A stretch of 64,000 nt of DNA from an uncultured Candidatus Rokubacteria bacterium (GTDB taxonomy: Bacteria; Methylomirabilota; Methylomirabilia; Rokubacteriales; DASRDR01), in NCBI GenBank assembly GCA_963805625.1, contig CAWDVE010000017.1, positions 160,001-224,000 on the forward strand, read 5' to 3'. The position numbers and the translations under genes are program-made. This document shows positions 1 through 10,200 of the stretch, in pieces (position 1 is the first letter of the stretch; each line of letters begins with the position of its first letter). The notes under the pieces are model-generated. The model ran no database searches, was not told where the DNA came from, and saw nothing but the letters and a program-made list of their open reading frames with translations.

Positions 1-281
1 GGCTGGGCCACATCGCCGCCATCGCGCTTCCGGCGCTGAACCTGCTCTACGTTCCCTGGATGGCGCGTTCGCGCTGGGGCGGCTCCGCGCAGCGTGCGGG
101 GTGTCGACTGCTCCTCTTCGGCACGGTGGCTCTGCCGAGTCTCCTCATGCTGGCGGCCTTCTGGAGTCCGGGGCGCTACCTGCTTCCGATCCCCGTGACG
201 ACGCTGATCGCCGCCGTCTGGCTCCTAGCAGCCGGCCTTCCGGCGCGGGCCCGCGGCCCGCGGGAGGACGCGTTCCCATGA
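1..281 (+). CDS. Membrane protein, 5'-partial, function unknown
   Basis: The frame is open from the window start (LGHIAAIALPALNLLYVPWMARSRW...) with several hydrophobic segments; its TGA overlaps the next ATG (ATGA at 278-281). Confidence 0.6.
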   Translation, partial: LGHIAAIALPALNLLYVPWMARSRWGGSAQRAGCRLLLFGTVALPSLLMLAAFWSPGRYLLPIPVTTLIAAVWLLAAGLPARARGPREDAFP

Positions 282-1663
282 GGATCGGGTTGATGGCGAT
301 GAGCGGCGTCCGCGTGCGCACGACCGAGCTTGCCGCGCTCGGGGTGACGCTCCCGGGCTTCGTCCGCCGTGGCCGGGTCATCGCCCAGCTGCCGAGCCTC
401 GGGCTCCTCACCGTAGCGGGGCTCACGCCCCCGGGTCACGAGATCACCTATCTCGAGGTCGACGACCTCCAGGGCTTCGGCACCCTGCCCGAGTTCGATC
501 TCGTGGGGATCTCGAGCTTCACCGCCCGGATCGATGCCGCCTACGCGCTCGCCGGGCGGTTCCGGGCGCAGGGCGTGCCCGTCGTGCTGGGCGGGCTCCA
601 CGTCTCGCTCCTGCCGGACGAGGCGCTCGAGCACGCCGACGCCGTGGTCGTCGGCGGAGCCGAGGGAGCCTGGCCGCGCCTCCTGGCCGACGCCGAGCGG
701 GGTCGGCTCGCGCGCCGCTACGGGGGGGCGCTCGATCGGGTCTTCGAGCCTGGTCGCTACGCCGTCCCGCGGTTCGACCTTCTCGGGGGCCGCCCGTACA
801 ATCGGATCACCGTCCAGAGCTCGCGGGGCTGCCCGCGGGCGTGCGAGTTCTGCGCGGCGAGCCTCCGGATCACGTCGCGCTTCAACCAGAAGCCGGTGGA
901 CCGCGTGATCGCCGAGATCCGCGCCGCCCGCGGATACGTCGCGGAGCCGTTCTTCGAGCTGGCGGACGACAACACGTTCCTCGACCGGCGCTGGGCGGAG
1001 GACTTTCTCCGCGCCGTGACGCCGGAGGGGATCCGCTACTTCACCGAGACTGACGTCTCCGTGGCCGACGACCCCGCGCTGTGCGACCGTCTGGCCGCGT
1101 CCGGCTGCCGGCAGCTCCTGATCGGCTTCGAGAGCCCGCGCGCGGACGACCTGGCGGGGCTCGATCCGGCAGAGTGGAAGCGCCGGCGGGCGCCGCACCT
1201 CCGGCGTGTGGTCGACACGCTCCAGTCGCGAGGGGTGAGCGTCAACGGCTGTTTCATTCTCGGGCTCGACGCCCACACGCCGGACGTCTTTGGCGAGGTT
1301 CTCGAATTCGTCCGCGGCTCGGGGCTCGCCGAGGTGCAGTACACGGTGCTGACTCCGTTCCCCGGCACCCCGCTCCACGCGCGGCTCCGCCGCGAGGGCC
1401 GGCTGCTCCAGGAGCGGTTCTGGGACCGGTGCACGCTCTTCGACGTGACGTTCACGCCGAAGCGCATGACCGTCGAGGAGCTCGAGGCCGGGCTCCGCTG
1501 GCTGTTCGAGGAGACCTACACGCGCCGGGAGACCGAGACACGGCTCCAGAGTTTCGTCGCGCAGCGCCGGGACGCGCGTCTGGGGGCCCGACGCGCCGCG
1601 GTCGAGCACCCCACAAAGCCCGCCGCACCGCTCCTCACCTCGAGTGACGGTATGGGGCCCTGA
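278..1663 (+). CDS. B12-binding domain radical SAM protein
   Basis: N-terminal cobalamin-binding-like segment ([20 protein letters not shown]), CxxxCxxC motif [11 protein letters not shown], and LTPFPGTPL; ATG at 278 follows GGAGG. Confidence 0.9.
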   Translation: MRIGLMAMSGVRVRTTELAALGVTLPGFVRRGRVIAQLPSLGLLTVAGLTPPGHEITYLEVDDLQGFGTLPEFDLVGISSFTARIDAAYALAGRFRAQGVPVVLGGLHVSLLPDEALEHADAVVVGGAEGAWPRLLADAERGRLARRYGGALDRVFEPGRYAVPRFDLLGGRPYNRITVQSSRGCPRACEFCAASLRITSRFNQKPVDRVIAEIRAARGYVAEPFFELADDNTFLDRRWAEDFLRAVTPEGIRYFTETDVSVADDPALCDRLAASGCRQLLIGFESPRADDLAGLDPAEWKRRRAPHLRRVVDTLQSRGVSVNGCFILGLDAHTPDVFGEVLEFVRGSGLAEVQYTVLTPFPGTPLHARLRREGRLLQERFWDRCTLFDVTFTPKRMTVEELEAGLRWLFEETYTRRETETRLQSFVAQRRDARLGARRAAVEHPTKPAAPLLTSSDGMGP

Positions 1664-1690
1664 GGCAGGCGCCGCGCCCGGGCGCGTGTC

Positions 1691-1728
1691 TCGGCCCTCT
1701 CAAGGCCGAAACACGGGTTCGAATCCCG
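1691..1728 (+). pseudogene. tRNA-Glu(CTC) fragment (anticodon arm and T arm only)
   Basis: CGGCC-CTCTCAA-GGCCG anticodon stem-loop (CTC at 1699-1701), AAAC variable loop, ACGGG-TTCGAAT-CCCG T arm. No D arm or acceptor stem in the flanks. Confidence 0.8.
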
Positions 1729-1744
1729 CAGGACGAAGCCTTCC

Positions 1745-2509
1745 GCCCTCGGCAACCAGGCCACCACCATCTCACCACGGTGAGTCACGACATCGTTGAC
1801 CGCGTAGTCCGTGGACCGTGCCCATTCACCTTTGAAGACCATGCCCACGGAGCCAGTGGGCCCGGGTATCCCAGGCGGGCCCGGTGGACCCGGTGGTCCC
1901 AGAGCCCCGCTCGGGCCCGCCGGACCAGCCGGCCCCGGGATCCCCGCGGGACCAGAACGACCGACCGGCCCAGCGGCGCCCGACGGCCCCGGCGGGCCGG
2001 CCGGCCCCCTGGGCCCAGTCGGACCCTGCTTGCCCTCCACACCGATCGGACCCGGCTGCCCCGCCGGCCCCCCCGCGCCCCGCAGGACCACGGCGGCGAT
2101 CTGAGCCTAAGAGGCCTGGGCCCTGGAAGGGCTGGATGCCGGAGCCCGCCACACGCAGGAACAAGGGGCCGTCGATGCTGGGCGCACTGACCGTCGCGCC
2201 CAGGCGGAGGGCGCCAGTGCCCCCCGGTGGCTGCTGGCCCGCGGGCTCAAGGTCGACTCGTTCGACGAGCAACCCGGGCGTCCCGACCACGAGCTCCTCG
2301 GTGTGGAGCACCGTGGCGCAGGCGCCGTCCCCGCACATCTGGAATCGCAAGCTGTCGCCCGCGGAGACGCCCTGGACGAACGGCTCGCGCTCGACCAGGT
2401 AGCTGACCGGCACGCGGCCAGCGCCCACGGCCGGGGCGCCCGGCACCGTGATACTGACGGCCGTCCAGATCGCGAGGATAGTCGACGCTCGTGGCGAGAC
2501 AGGCTTCAT
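1745..2509 (-). pseudogene. Secreted collagen-like protein, frameshifted and 3'-truncated
   Basis: ATG at 2509 with a GGAG RBS and signal-like N-terminus; frame change and in-frame TAG near 2110; about 26 Gly-X-Y triplets; then a CBM5/12-like motif ([21 protein letters not shown]) that breaks off at the tRNA fragment. Confidence 0.75.
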
Positions 2510-2579
2510 GACGGGTCTCCGTCGTTCGGGCGTGGGGGGTCGGCACCACCGAGGGAACCGGCCGGGACTCCAACGGCTG

Positions 2580-3056
2580 TCATCGATGGCCGCTGGCCTC
2601 GCGCTCACGGGCGAACCTGTCGATCATCGTTTCGATGACGTCCACCAGGTGGCGTCTGGCGTCGGACACGGGCCCGTGGAGCACGAATGTGCTCCGCCAC
2701 GCTTCGGCCCGCGAGAACTCGCCGGTCTCCACGACGATAGCCCGCCGGAGAACTGTCAGGTCGGCCACGCCGTAAAACACGGTCGGCGACGACGTGGCCA
2801 GGATGAGGAGGACCCGCAGGGCGTCCGGACAGGTCACCATGATCGGCAGTTTGGGCATACGCGTGCGCAGGGCGACCTCCACGGCGTCGCGCACCACCTC
2901 CCCCGTGATGCCGAGGTCGAGGGGAGCCACGAAGTCCCCGACGGCGACGTCGACGCACCACACGCGCTCGAGCAGAGCCTGGCGCGGTTCGTCCGCCCAG
3001 ACCGGTGCGCTACCGACGGACGCGATGAGGAGCAACGCAAGTGCGAGCCTATGCAT
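2580..3056 (-). CDS. Hypothetical secreted protein
   Basis: MHRLALALLLIASVGSAPVWA signal peptide, GAGG upstream, globular-looking 158 aa. Confidence 0.65.
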   Translation of the reverse strand: MHRLALALLLIASVGSAPVWADEPRQALLERVWCVDVAVGDFVAPLDLGITGEVVRDAVEVALRTRMPKLPIMVTCPDALRVLLILATSSPTVFYGVADLTVLRRAIVVETGEFSRAEAWRSTFVLHGPVSDARRHLVDVIETMIDRFAREREASGHR

Positions 3057-3319
3057 CGCTCGAGGACCTGCTTCTGGCATGCGTGGCACGGCGGAAAGAC
3101 ATGAAAAACGCCTCCGGGAACCACCTTCTCCAAGTGCAATGCCGGAAACCTTCTTCAACAGGATCCACAGCTTTCCCCCGAGAAGGTCTCGATTTGGTGG
3201 GGGCCACCTGCCCACTTGGGGCATGGACACCCCAACAAGACAGAGGCGGCTCACACGCCGCCGGGAAGCTTCCCCCGTGCCCCGCAGAGGCCGGGGCTGA
3301 GAGTGGCGCCCTCGCCCGG

Positions 3320-3625
3320 TGCTCCTCGCCTGGCCCGCCTCTGCTATGACGGCCGGCACCAGGTTGGCGCGGAGCTAGCTCTACGCGCTGCTCGGCGCGG
3401 CCGCGCGCTCGGTCGGCCGGCATCACGGCGAAGCCTACTGCGCGCAGGTCCGCTATGGCTGCGAGGACCTGACGCTCCTGCGCCGGCGGGTGCGCACGTT
3501 CAAGGGCGACATCGAGAAGCTGCCCCGCCGTAGGCTGCCGAAGATCGCGCCCATCGCCGCCACGCGGAAGCTGCTGATCGCTGTCTATCACGTCTCCAAG
3601 GATCGCCGGCCGTTCATCGCCGCGC
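3320..3625 (+). pseudogene. IS110-family transposase remnant
   Basis: Frameshifted pieces YDGRHQVGAELA / AAARSVGRHHGEAY..QVRY.CEDL are joined directly to a C-terminal motif (KIAPIAATRKLLIAVYHVSKDRRPF) that resembles IS110 transposase C-termini. Recognised by eye. Confidence 0.55.
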
Positions 3626-3857
3626 GTGGTGGCACCTGCGGACACATTCGGGGCGCTCCCCAAACGACGACGGGCAGTACCCGACCCTTGACGGCAACAG
3701 CCCGTCGCCACGAAGAAAAGCCGCATCGCGCAACTGAGCTAATCGTCCGTGCGTGGGATCCTACCCACTCCCGGGACCGCCGTCAACGGCCGCGCCCGCC
3801 CGAATGCGCTGGTTGCCGGATGATCTCGTCCGTCGAGTCGTGGAAGAGCGCGAAGCC

Positions 3858-3947
3858 TCACGGCCCCGGGGGGGCCTCGGGCCAGAGGTCCGTGCCGAGG
3901 TACTTCAGCCCCGAGTCCGCGAGGACGACGGCGACGGTTCCGCCGGC
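3858..3947 (-). pseudogene. Cysteine synthase-family (PLP) C-terminal fragment
   Basis: Translates to AGGTVAVVLADSGLKYLGTDLWPEAPPGP*, matching the D(S/T)G.(K/R)YL.T.L C-terminal motif; the rest of the gene is missing. Confidence 0.55.
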
Positions 3948-4402
3948 AATTCAATGGCTCGAGCTGGCGTCGAAAGTGTTGCGTCGCACGCGTTGGGTTC
4001 CGAGTATCGCGCGGCGCGGAGGCGAGCTTCCTGCGCATGGTTTCAGGCCATGGTGATAGGCGAGCACGTTCACGATCAGCCTTGTCCGATGCGTCATCGC
4101 GTACGGCGTCGAGCCCGAAGTCAGAGACTACCTCGAGCAGGGCCCGCTCCTGATCGGTGCGGGCTCCGGTGCCCGCCGCCTCCACCCTGTCTGCGCACCG
4201 AGCCGAGAGGCCGTCCGGGCCTGCCCGCCACGTCGTCCTCGTGCCTGGCCCGCGCCCCCTCGCGTCGCGCCTTGAGGTGCGCTATGGTGGGCAGGAGGCG
4301 CCCGGGGCGATGGCGCTGAGGGCGAGGCCGCGCGCCACGCGATATCGCACGTTGCGGAGCGGCTCGGTGGACGCGGCGTCTGGCAGCGGGAAGACTCCGG
4401 CG

Positions 4403-5563
4403 ATGACCGTCGAGGCCAAGGCGCGCGATCGATTCGCTCGGCACCTGATGGACGAGTTCGCCGAGGTCACCGGCCTTTCGGGAGGCCAACCGGCGCGCCG
4501 GTACCTGTGGACGGACGCCTTCGCCGTCTGCAACTTCCTCGGTCTCTATCGTCAGAGCGGTGAGGGAAGCTACCTGGACCTGGCGCTGCGCCTCGTCGAT
4601 CAGGTGCACCACGTGCTGGGGCGGTACCGTGCGGACGACACGCGCCAGGGCTGGATCGGGGGCCGCTCCGAAGGCGAGGGCGAGCGGCATCCCACCCGAG
4701 GCGGGCTCCGGATCGGCAAGCCGCTCCCCGAGCGCGCGCCTGGCGACCCATTCGACGCACGCCTCGAGTGGGACCGAGACGGCCAGTATTTCCATTACTT
4801 GACCCAGTGGCTGCACGCGCTCCACAGGATCCATCGCGAAACCAGCCAGCCGATCTTCCACACGTGGGCGGTCGAGTTGGCGCAGGCGGCTCATGCCGCC
4901 TTCGTCCGCTCGGACTCGCCGATGGGCGCGCCGCGGATGGTCTGGAAGATGAGCATCGACCTCGACCGCGTCCTCGTGCCTTCAACGGGACAGCACGATC
5001 CGCTCGACGCCTGGATCGCCTACCTCGAGCTGCGCGGCGCCGCAGCCGAGGCGGGATCGGCGCTTGGTTCTGCCACGCTCGAGCGGGAGATCGAGAAGGT
5101 GGCTGCACTCTGCCGGGGCGCCGCCTGGGCGACCGACGATCCGCTCGGCATCGGAGCCCTGCTGACCAGCGCGTATCGTCTGGCGGCGATGATGTTGGAC
5201 CACGGCGTTGAAGGCGGCGAGCTCCTGGAAGGAATCGTCGCAGCGGTCGAGGTCGGTCTCGCCGCCTACGCGCGTGGCGAGCCTCTGGCTGAACCGGTGA
5301 GCCGTCGGCTCGCGTTTCGCGAGCTCGGGCTCGCCATCGGCCTGCACGCGCTCGAGCGGATGCTGGCGCGCACCGCCAGACCCCAGCGGGTCCTGAAACG
5401 GCTGGCGGACCTTGCAGGCTATCTACCCCTGGCTGGACGGATCGACGACTTCTGGTGCGCCGTGGGCAACCGTCAGGAGCCCACCTGGCGCGCCCATGGC
5501 GACATCAACGCGGTGATGCTCGCGACGAGCTTGGCTCCGGGCGGATACCTCGGCCCGGAGTGA
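4403..5563 (+). CDS. Conserved hypothetical protein (RRYLWTDAF family), predicted helical
   Basis: Intact 386-aa ORF with motif-like blocks RRYLWTDAFAVCNFL, DRDGQYFHYLTQW, WKMSIDL, HDPLD, RLAFRELGL, HGDINAVMLATSL. Confidence 0.8.
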   Translation: MTVEAKARDRFARHLMDEFAEVTGLSGGQPARRYLWTDAFAVCNFLGLYRQSGEGSYLDLALRLVDQVHHVLGRYRADDTRQGWIGGRSEGEGERHPTRGGLRIGKPLPERAPGDPFDARLEWDRDGQYFHYLTQWLHALHRIHRETSQPIFHTWAVELAQAAHAAFVRSDSPMGAPRMVWKMSIDLDRVLVPSTGQHDPLDAWIAYLELRGAAAEAGSALGSATLEREIEKVAALCRGAAWATDDPLGIGALLTSAYRLAAMMLDHGVEGGELLEGIVAAVEVGLAAYARGEPLAEPVSRRLAFRELGLAIGLHALERMLARTARPQRVLKRLADLAGYLPLAGRIDDFWCAVGNRQEPTWRAHGDINAVMLATSLAPGGYLGPE

Positions 5564-5922
5564 CGAAGGGTCCGCGGATCGCTCGGGGTTCGGCGCTTCC
5601 AGGCCGCCGCTGCCCAGCGCCCGATCGCGACCGTGGCACGCCTCGGCAGTGGTGGCGGCGGAGCGCCGGGAGAGGGACACAGGCTACTTCGGGCAACGCC
5701 TTTGAGCCTGCTCGACCCTCTGGCCGACCGGGTTTCTCGGGACATGAGCTCGGCGCTCAGGCCAGACAGCACGACCAGGAGAATGATCACCCACCCGATG
5801 AACGCGATCGGGCTGAAGGCACTCCGCTCTATTTGCGCACTCAGCGCGGGGCTGTACTCGGGTCGCGCTCTTGGGGCGTTCGGCTTCGTTGCCATTGCGA
5901 TGGGCGCTCGGGGGCTCTCGAG

Positions 5923-6262
5923 GGGGATGGGCTTCTGTGTATCGTGCGGCACGCCGTCGAGACGGTTCTCCAGGCGGAGCCCGTGCCAGTGAACGGTGGC
6001 ATCGACGTCGCCGTCGTTCGTGACGTTCACGATGCTCTCGGAGCCCTGCCGGACGAGAAGCGTCGGGTCCGGGATGGATCTGTTGTACGCGAGCATCCGA
6101 ACGACGGTGTCACCGATCGGCTGGGCGACCGCAGCGACGCAGATCCGGCTCGTCCCCGTCGTCCAGTCGCACGGTCGCCGTCAACCCGGCCGTCGGTAGT
6201 CCGGACACACCGCGCGAGAACGGTCCGATTCCCGCGTCGTCGTGATGCGGCATTTCTTCCAT
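5923..6262 (-). pseudogene. Multicopper oxidase N-terminal fragment
   Basis: MLAYNRSIPDPTL...TVHWHGLRLENRLDGVPHDTQKPIP is the start of cupredoxin domain 1 with the HWHG motif; a frameshift lies near 6120 and the other copper motifs are absent. Confidence 0.75.
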
Positions 6263-6696
6263 CTGAACCCCCGCTACCCGACTACCCCGCCTTCTAGGCG
6301 ACGACCCAGCTGGCGCGTGACTAGGGTGGCCGGAGTCTAGCGCCGCGTGGGCCGGGCCGGCAAGGGCCGGGGCGGACTCGACTTTGACCGGATCTCGATC
6401 GAGTGTGTGCACGGCAGCAAGCTGCCGTGACGGAGAATCAAGCGCGGTCGAAGAGCAGGACCTCGGCCACCCGTTCCCGGGTGACGCCCTATTCGTCGGG
6501 TTTTCGCGGGCGACCTCGGCGCTCTCAAAACCGTTTCTCCCGCGCTACAGTCGAGAGCCAGCGCCGTCACTCCCGCCTCCTTGCGGCCGAGCGAGGCGAC
6601 GGAGTATCTCATCAGCACCGTCTCCTGGCGCCCGGTCGGGTGAAGGCCCATCCCAGACTCGCCCCCGGGCGCGCGGGCCGGACCGTGCCGGGCCGC

Positions 6697-7230
6697 TCAG
6701 GGGGCCGGCGCGAGAAGCTTGTAGTAGAACGCGGTCGCGTCGAGGGTGCCCGTGGCGCTCCGCGCGTAGGCAGGGATCGCGCCGGCGAACGTCCAGCCCG
6801 CCGCCCGGTAGAGAACCTCCGAGGGATCGCCCTGCCGGGTGTCGAGGATGAGGGTCGTGCGCCCGAGCCGCCGGGCGTGATCGTCCAGGGCGAGCATGAG
6901 CGCGCGACCCACCCCCCGCCGGCGCGCGCGGCGGTGCACCATGACCTTCGACACCTCGGCTCGGTGCCGGGCGTTCGCGCGCATGGCGAGCTCCAGCTGG
7001 GCCGAGCCCACGAGCCCGAGCTCGCCGTCGCGAGCGGCGAGGACGACTCGCGAACCCTCCCGGAGTCCCGCGGCGACCGTGGCCCAGTACGATGCGGCCT
7101 CGGCGTCCCCCAGCGGCGGGAGGAACCCGACGGACGCGCCGCTCTCGACGGTGTCCCGGAGGAGCGCCACCAGGGCGGCGCGCTCGGCATCCACCTCCGC
7201 GACCGTCATCGGCTCGATCGAGAGGCTCAC
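6697..7230 (-). CDS. GNAT N-acetyltransferase (Ttr-like)
   Basis: GASVGFLPPL, HRAEVSKVMVHRRARRRGVGRALM (acetyl-CoA motif A), LILDTRQGD; GTG lies immediately after the upstream stop. Confidence 0.88.
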   Translation of the reverse strand: MSLSIEPMTVAEVDAERAALVALLRDTVESGASVGFLPPLGDAEAASYWATVAAGLREGSRVVLAARDGELGLVGSAQLELAMRANARHRAEVSKVMVHRRARRRGVGRALMLALDDHARRLGRTTLILDTRQGDPSEVLYRAAGWTFAGAIPAYARSATGTLDATAFYYKLLAPAP

Positions 7231-7231
7231 G

Positions 7232-10200
7232 TCAGCTGACCGCGCCCCAGGCCCGGACGTGCTCCTCGACCCGCTCCACCCAACGCGGGACGCCGAGCGC
7301 GCGGAAGCGCCGGGCGGCCTCGCCGACATGCGCGGCCGTCGCGCTCGCGTCGCCGCGCGCGTGGGCGAGCATGGCCAGGTCGAACCAGGTTCGGGCGATC
7401 TCGAACTCGGCTCCCACGGCCTCGAAGGCGCCGAGCGCTTCGTGGAGATGGTCCTGAGCATCGCCGAGCGCACCCCGGGCCTGCGCGATGTGGCCGAGCG
7501 CCCGCTCCGCCCACCCGATGCCCTGCGTCGAGCCGGTGGCCCGGGCGTGCTCGAGTCCCTGGCTGGCCAGCTCGAGCGCCGTCTCGAGCCGGTGGGCCCC
7601 CCGGTGCGCCTCGGCCAGGAATGCCGAAAACCAGGCCTGGGGCGAGCGGAAGCGGAACTGGTCAAGCAATCGCAGCGCCTCTTCGAGGCGCGTCATGGCC
7701 GGAGCGAGGTCCCCGCGTTCGAGCCAGGCGAAGCCCAGCCAGCCGAGCGCCAGGGCGGTGTTGAGCGGATCCGGCGAGCGCGTCAGCGCGTCTTCGCAAC
7801 TGCGAATGCCGGCTTCCAGGTCCCCCCGGCACACATGGACTACACCGCTCGCCCAGGCGGCCGAGCTCGCGACCTGTGGGTCACCCACCTCGGTGCCGCG
7901 CGCCATGGCCTGGGCCTGCGCAGCCAGCGCTGCGTCGAACTCGCCGAGGAGCGCGTGGTTCAGCCCGACCGCCCAGTGCGCCGGGCCGATCCACCAAGAC
8001 TCCCCGGCGCGCTCGAGCAGGGCGACGGCCCGCCGGCCGTGCTCGAGGCCATCCCGCGGATGTCCCGACATAACGTCGTGCTGGGCGAGGACGTAGTGGA
8101 TCTTGCCCCGCGTCGCGTCGTCGTCGCATCGCTTGGCTTCCGCCAGGCCCACCTCCAGGTGGTGCGACGCCTGCCGCTGGTCCGCGAGGAAGAGATAGCT
8201 CCGCCCGAGCAGGAGGTGATAGGGGCCGGCCAGACGCGGATCACCAAGGCTCTCGAGGGAACCCTGATGGCGAAGCAGCAGGGAAACGATGTCCTGCAAG
8301 GCGCCCAGCGGCGTCATCGAATAGGCCTGCAGGAGAACGAGCTCGAGGCGGCGTCGATCCTGCTCTGCTGGCGGGAGCCGCTCGACATGGGTGCGGGCCT
8401 CCTCGAGAATCCGGACAGCCTCCGCGAGGGCGTGCGCGCTGACCGCCTGGTTGGCGAGGCGCGTGAGGTAGAGCACGGCCTTGGCCGCCTCATCCGTCCG
8501 GCCATAATGATGCGCGAGCCGATCGTAGACCTCTCCCAGCCGGTCGGCGTACACGGCCTCGAGCGCCCGGGCGATCGCGCCGTGGAGCACGCGGCGGCGG
8601 GCCGGCGGCAGGCTCTCGTAGGCGACGTCACGTGTCAGGCTGTGGGTGAACGCGCAGAGCGGCTCGCCACCCCCCGACTTCGCGTGGAGGAACTCTAGGC
8701 GCATGAGCTCCCGGAGGTTGGAATCCAGCTCTCCCTCCCAGACGGCGTGGAGGAGCGCGAGCGGCACTTCCTGTCCGACGACGGCCGCCGTTTGGAGCAG
8801 ACGGCGCGGCTCGTCGGGCAGGCGGTCGATCCGGGCGAGCAGCACCTCCTGGATGGTGTCGGGCACTGCGAGGCCCGGGGCGGCCTCGACGGCCCCGTCG
8901 ACCACCCGCGACAACTCCTCCAGGAAGAAAGGGTTCCCCTCCGCCTTCTCGAGGATGACCTCGGCGACCCGGTCGGACACCGCGTCGGTGCGGCGAACCG
9001 ACCGCACGACGCTCAGGCTGTCCTCCCGCGACAGCGGCGGAAGCGCGACCTGGGTGACGTACGAGCGGTCCATCCACGGCGCCCGGTAACCCGGCCGATA
9101 GGTCACAATGCACATCGCTGGCGCTCCGGCCGCGCTGTCCATCAGCGTGGTCAAGCACTCCTCCGACGTGGAGTCGATCCAGTGGAGGTCCTCGATGACG
9201 AACAGGATGGGCCGCCGACGCGCCCCCTGCAGCACCAGCTGGCGCAGCGCCTCGAAGGTCCGCGCCTTGACGGCCGAGGTCGTGAGCGCGGCGAGCGCCT
9301 CCGTGCCCTCCGAGATGCCGAACAGACGGAAGACGTACGGGACCGCCCCGGCTGGCTCGATCCCGACTTCCTGGACCCCCGTCCGGATCTTGCCGGCGAT
9401 GACGTCCTGGCTCTCACCCTCGGTGATGCGGAAGTTCGACCGGAGGATGTCGAGAATCGGAAAGTACGGGATGGCGCTGGCGTAGGACTGGCACCACCCC
9501 TCCAGGAACGTCACCCGTCGCTCGGGCTCGCCGAGCAGCCGCTCGCGAAACTCGTGGAGCAGTCGCGACTTCCCAATGCCGGCTTCGCCGAGCAGCCCGA
9601 CGACCTGACCGTGGCCTCTGAGCGCGTCCTCGAGACGGCTCCACAGGAGCCCGAGCTCGCGGGCGCGACCCACGAACATCGGGGCGCGCCGGCCGCGCCC
9701 CGAGCCCGGTCGCTCGGTCGCCACCAGCCGATGCACGGGCCCCGCCGCGCCGGCGCCGTCGACCGGGGCGAGGTCGAAGTGGCGCGCGAGGAAGGCCGCC
9801 GCGGCCTCCTCGACGAGGATCGCGCCTGGCTCGGCGAGTCCGAGGAGCGTGTCGAGCACCGTCCACGCCTCACGCTTGCCATCCAGGTCGACCTGGGCTC
9901 CGCCCCGGGAGGACCCGACGAGCACCCGCCGGACGGCGATTCCCGAGTGGACCCAAATGCCTGCTCCCTCGCCGCCGCTGGCCCGCTCCGCGGCCTTGTG
10001 CACCGCCGTCGCCGCCAGCGCGGCCCGTTGCGGGGCGTCCTCGATCGGCTCCAGCCCGAACGCCGCGACGATGCCCGTCGGGCTCATCTCCTCGATCCGT
10101 CCGCCGAACGTCTGGATCTTCTCGACCAGGGTCTCGAGCGCGCGGCTCGGACTGAACCCGGGATCGGCGTCGGCTGGCAGGACGAGCGCGCTCCGCAGGA

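Noticed and set aside
1654-1740. Possible complete tRNA-Glu
   Set aside because: No D arm, no pairing acceptor stem and no CCA; kept only as a fragment.
1850-2080. 9-bp periodic GC-rich tandem repeat as a non-coding repeat
   Set aside because: Fully explained by Gly-X-Y codons on the minus strand.
5473-6096. 207-aa multicopper oxidase-membrane fusion ORF
   Set aside because: Similarity to copper oxidases ends at KPIP (about 5923); the rest is read-through into unrelated sequence.
6410-6429. Palindrome CACGGCAGC-AA-GCTGCCGTG as a sigma54 site or operator
   Set aside because: The GG-to-GC spacing does not fit -24/-12, it is single-copy, and no intact target gene lies downstream.
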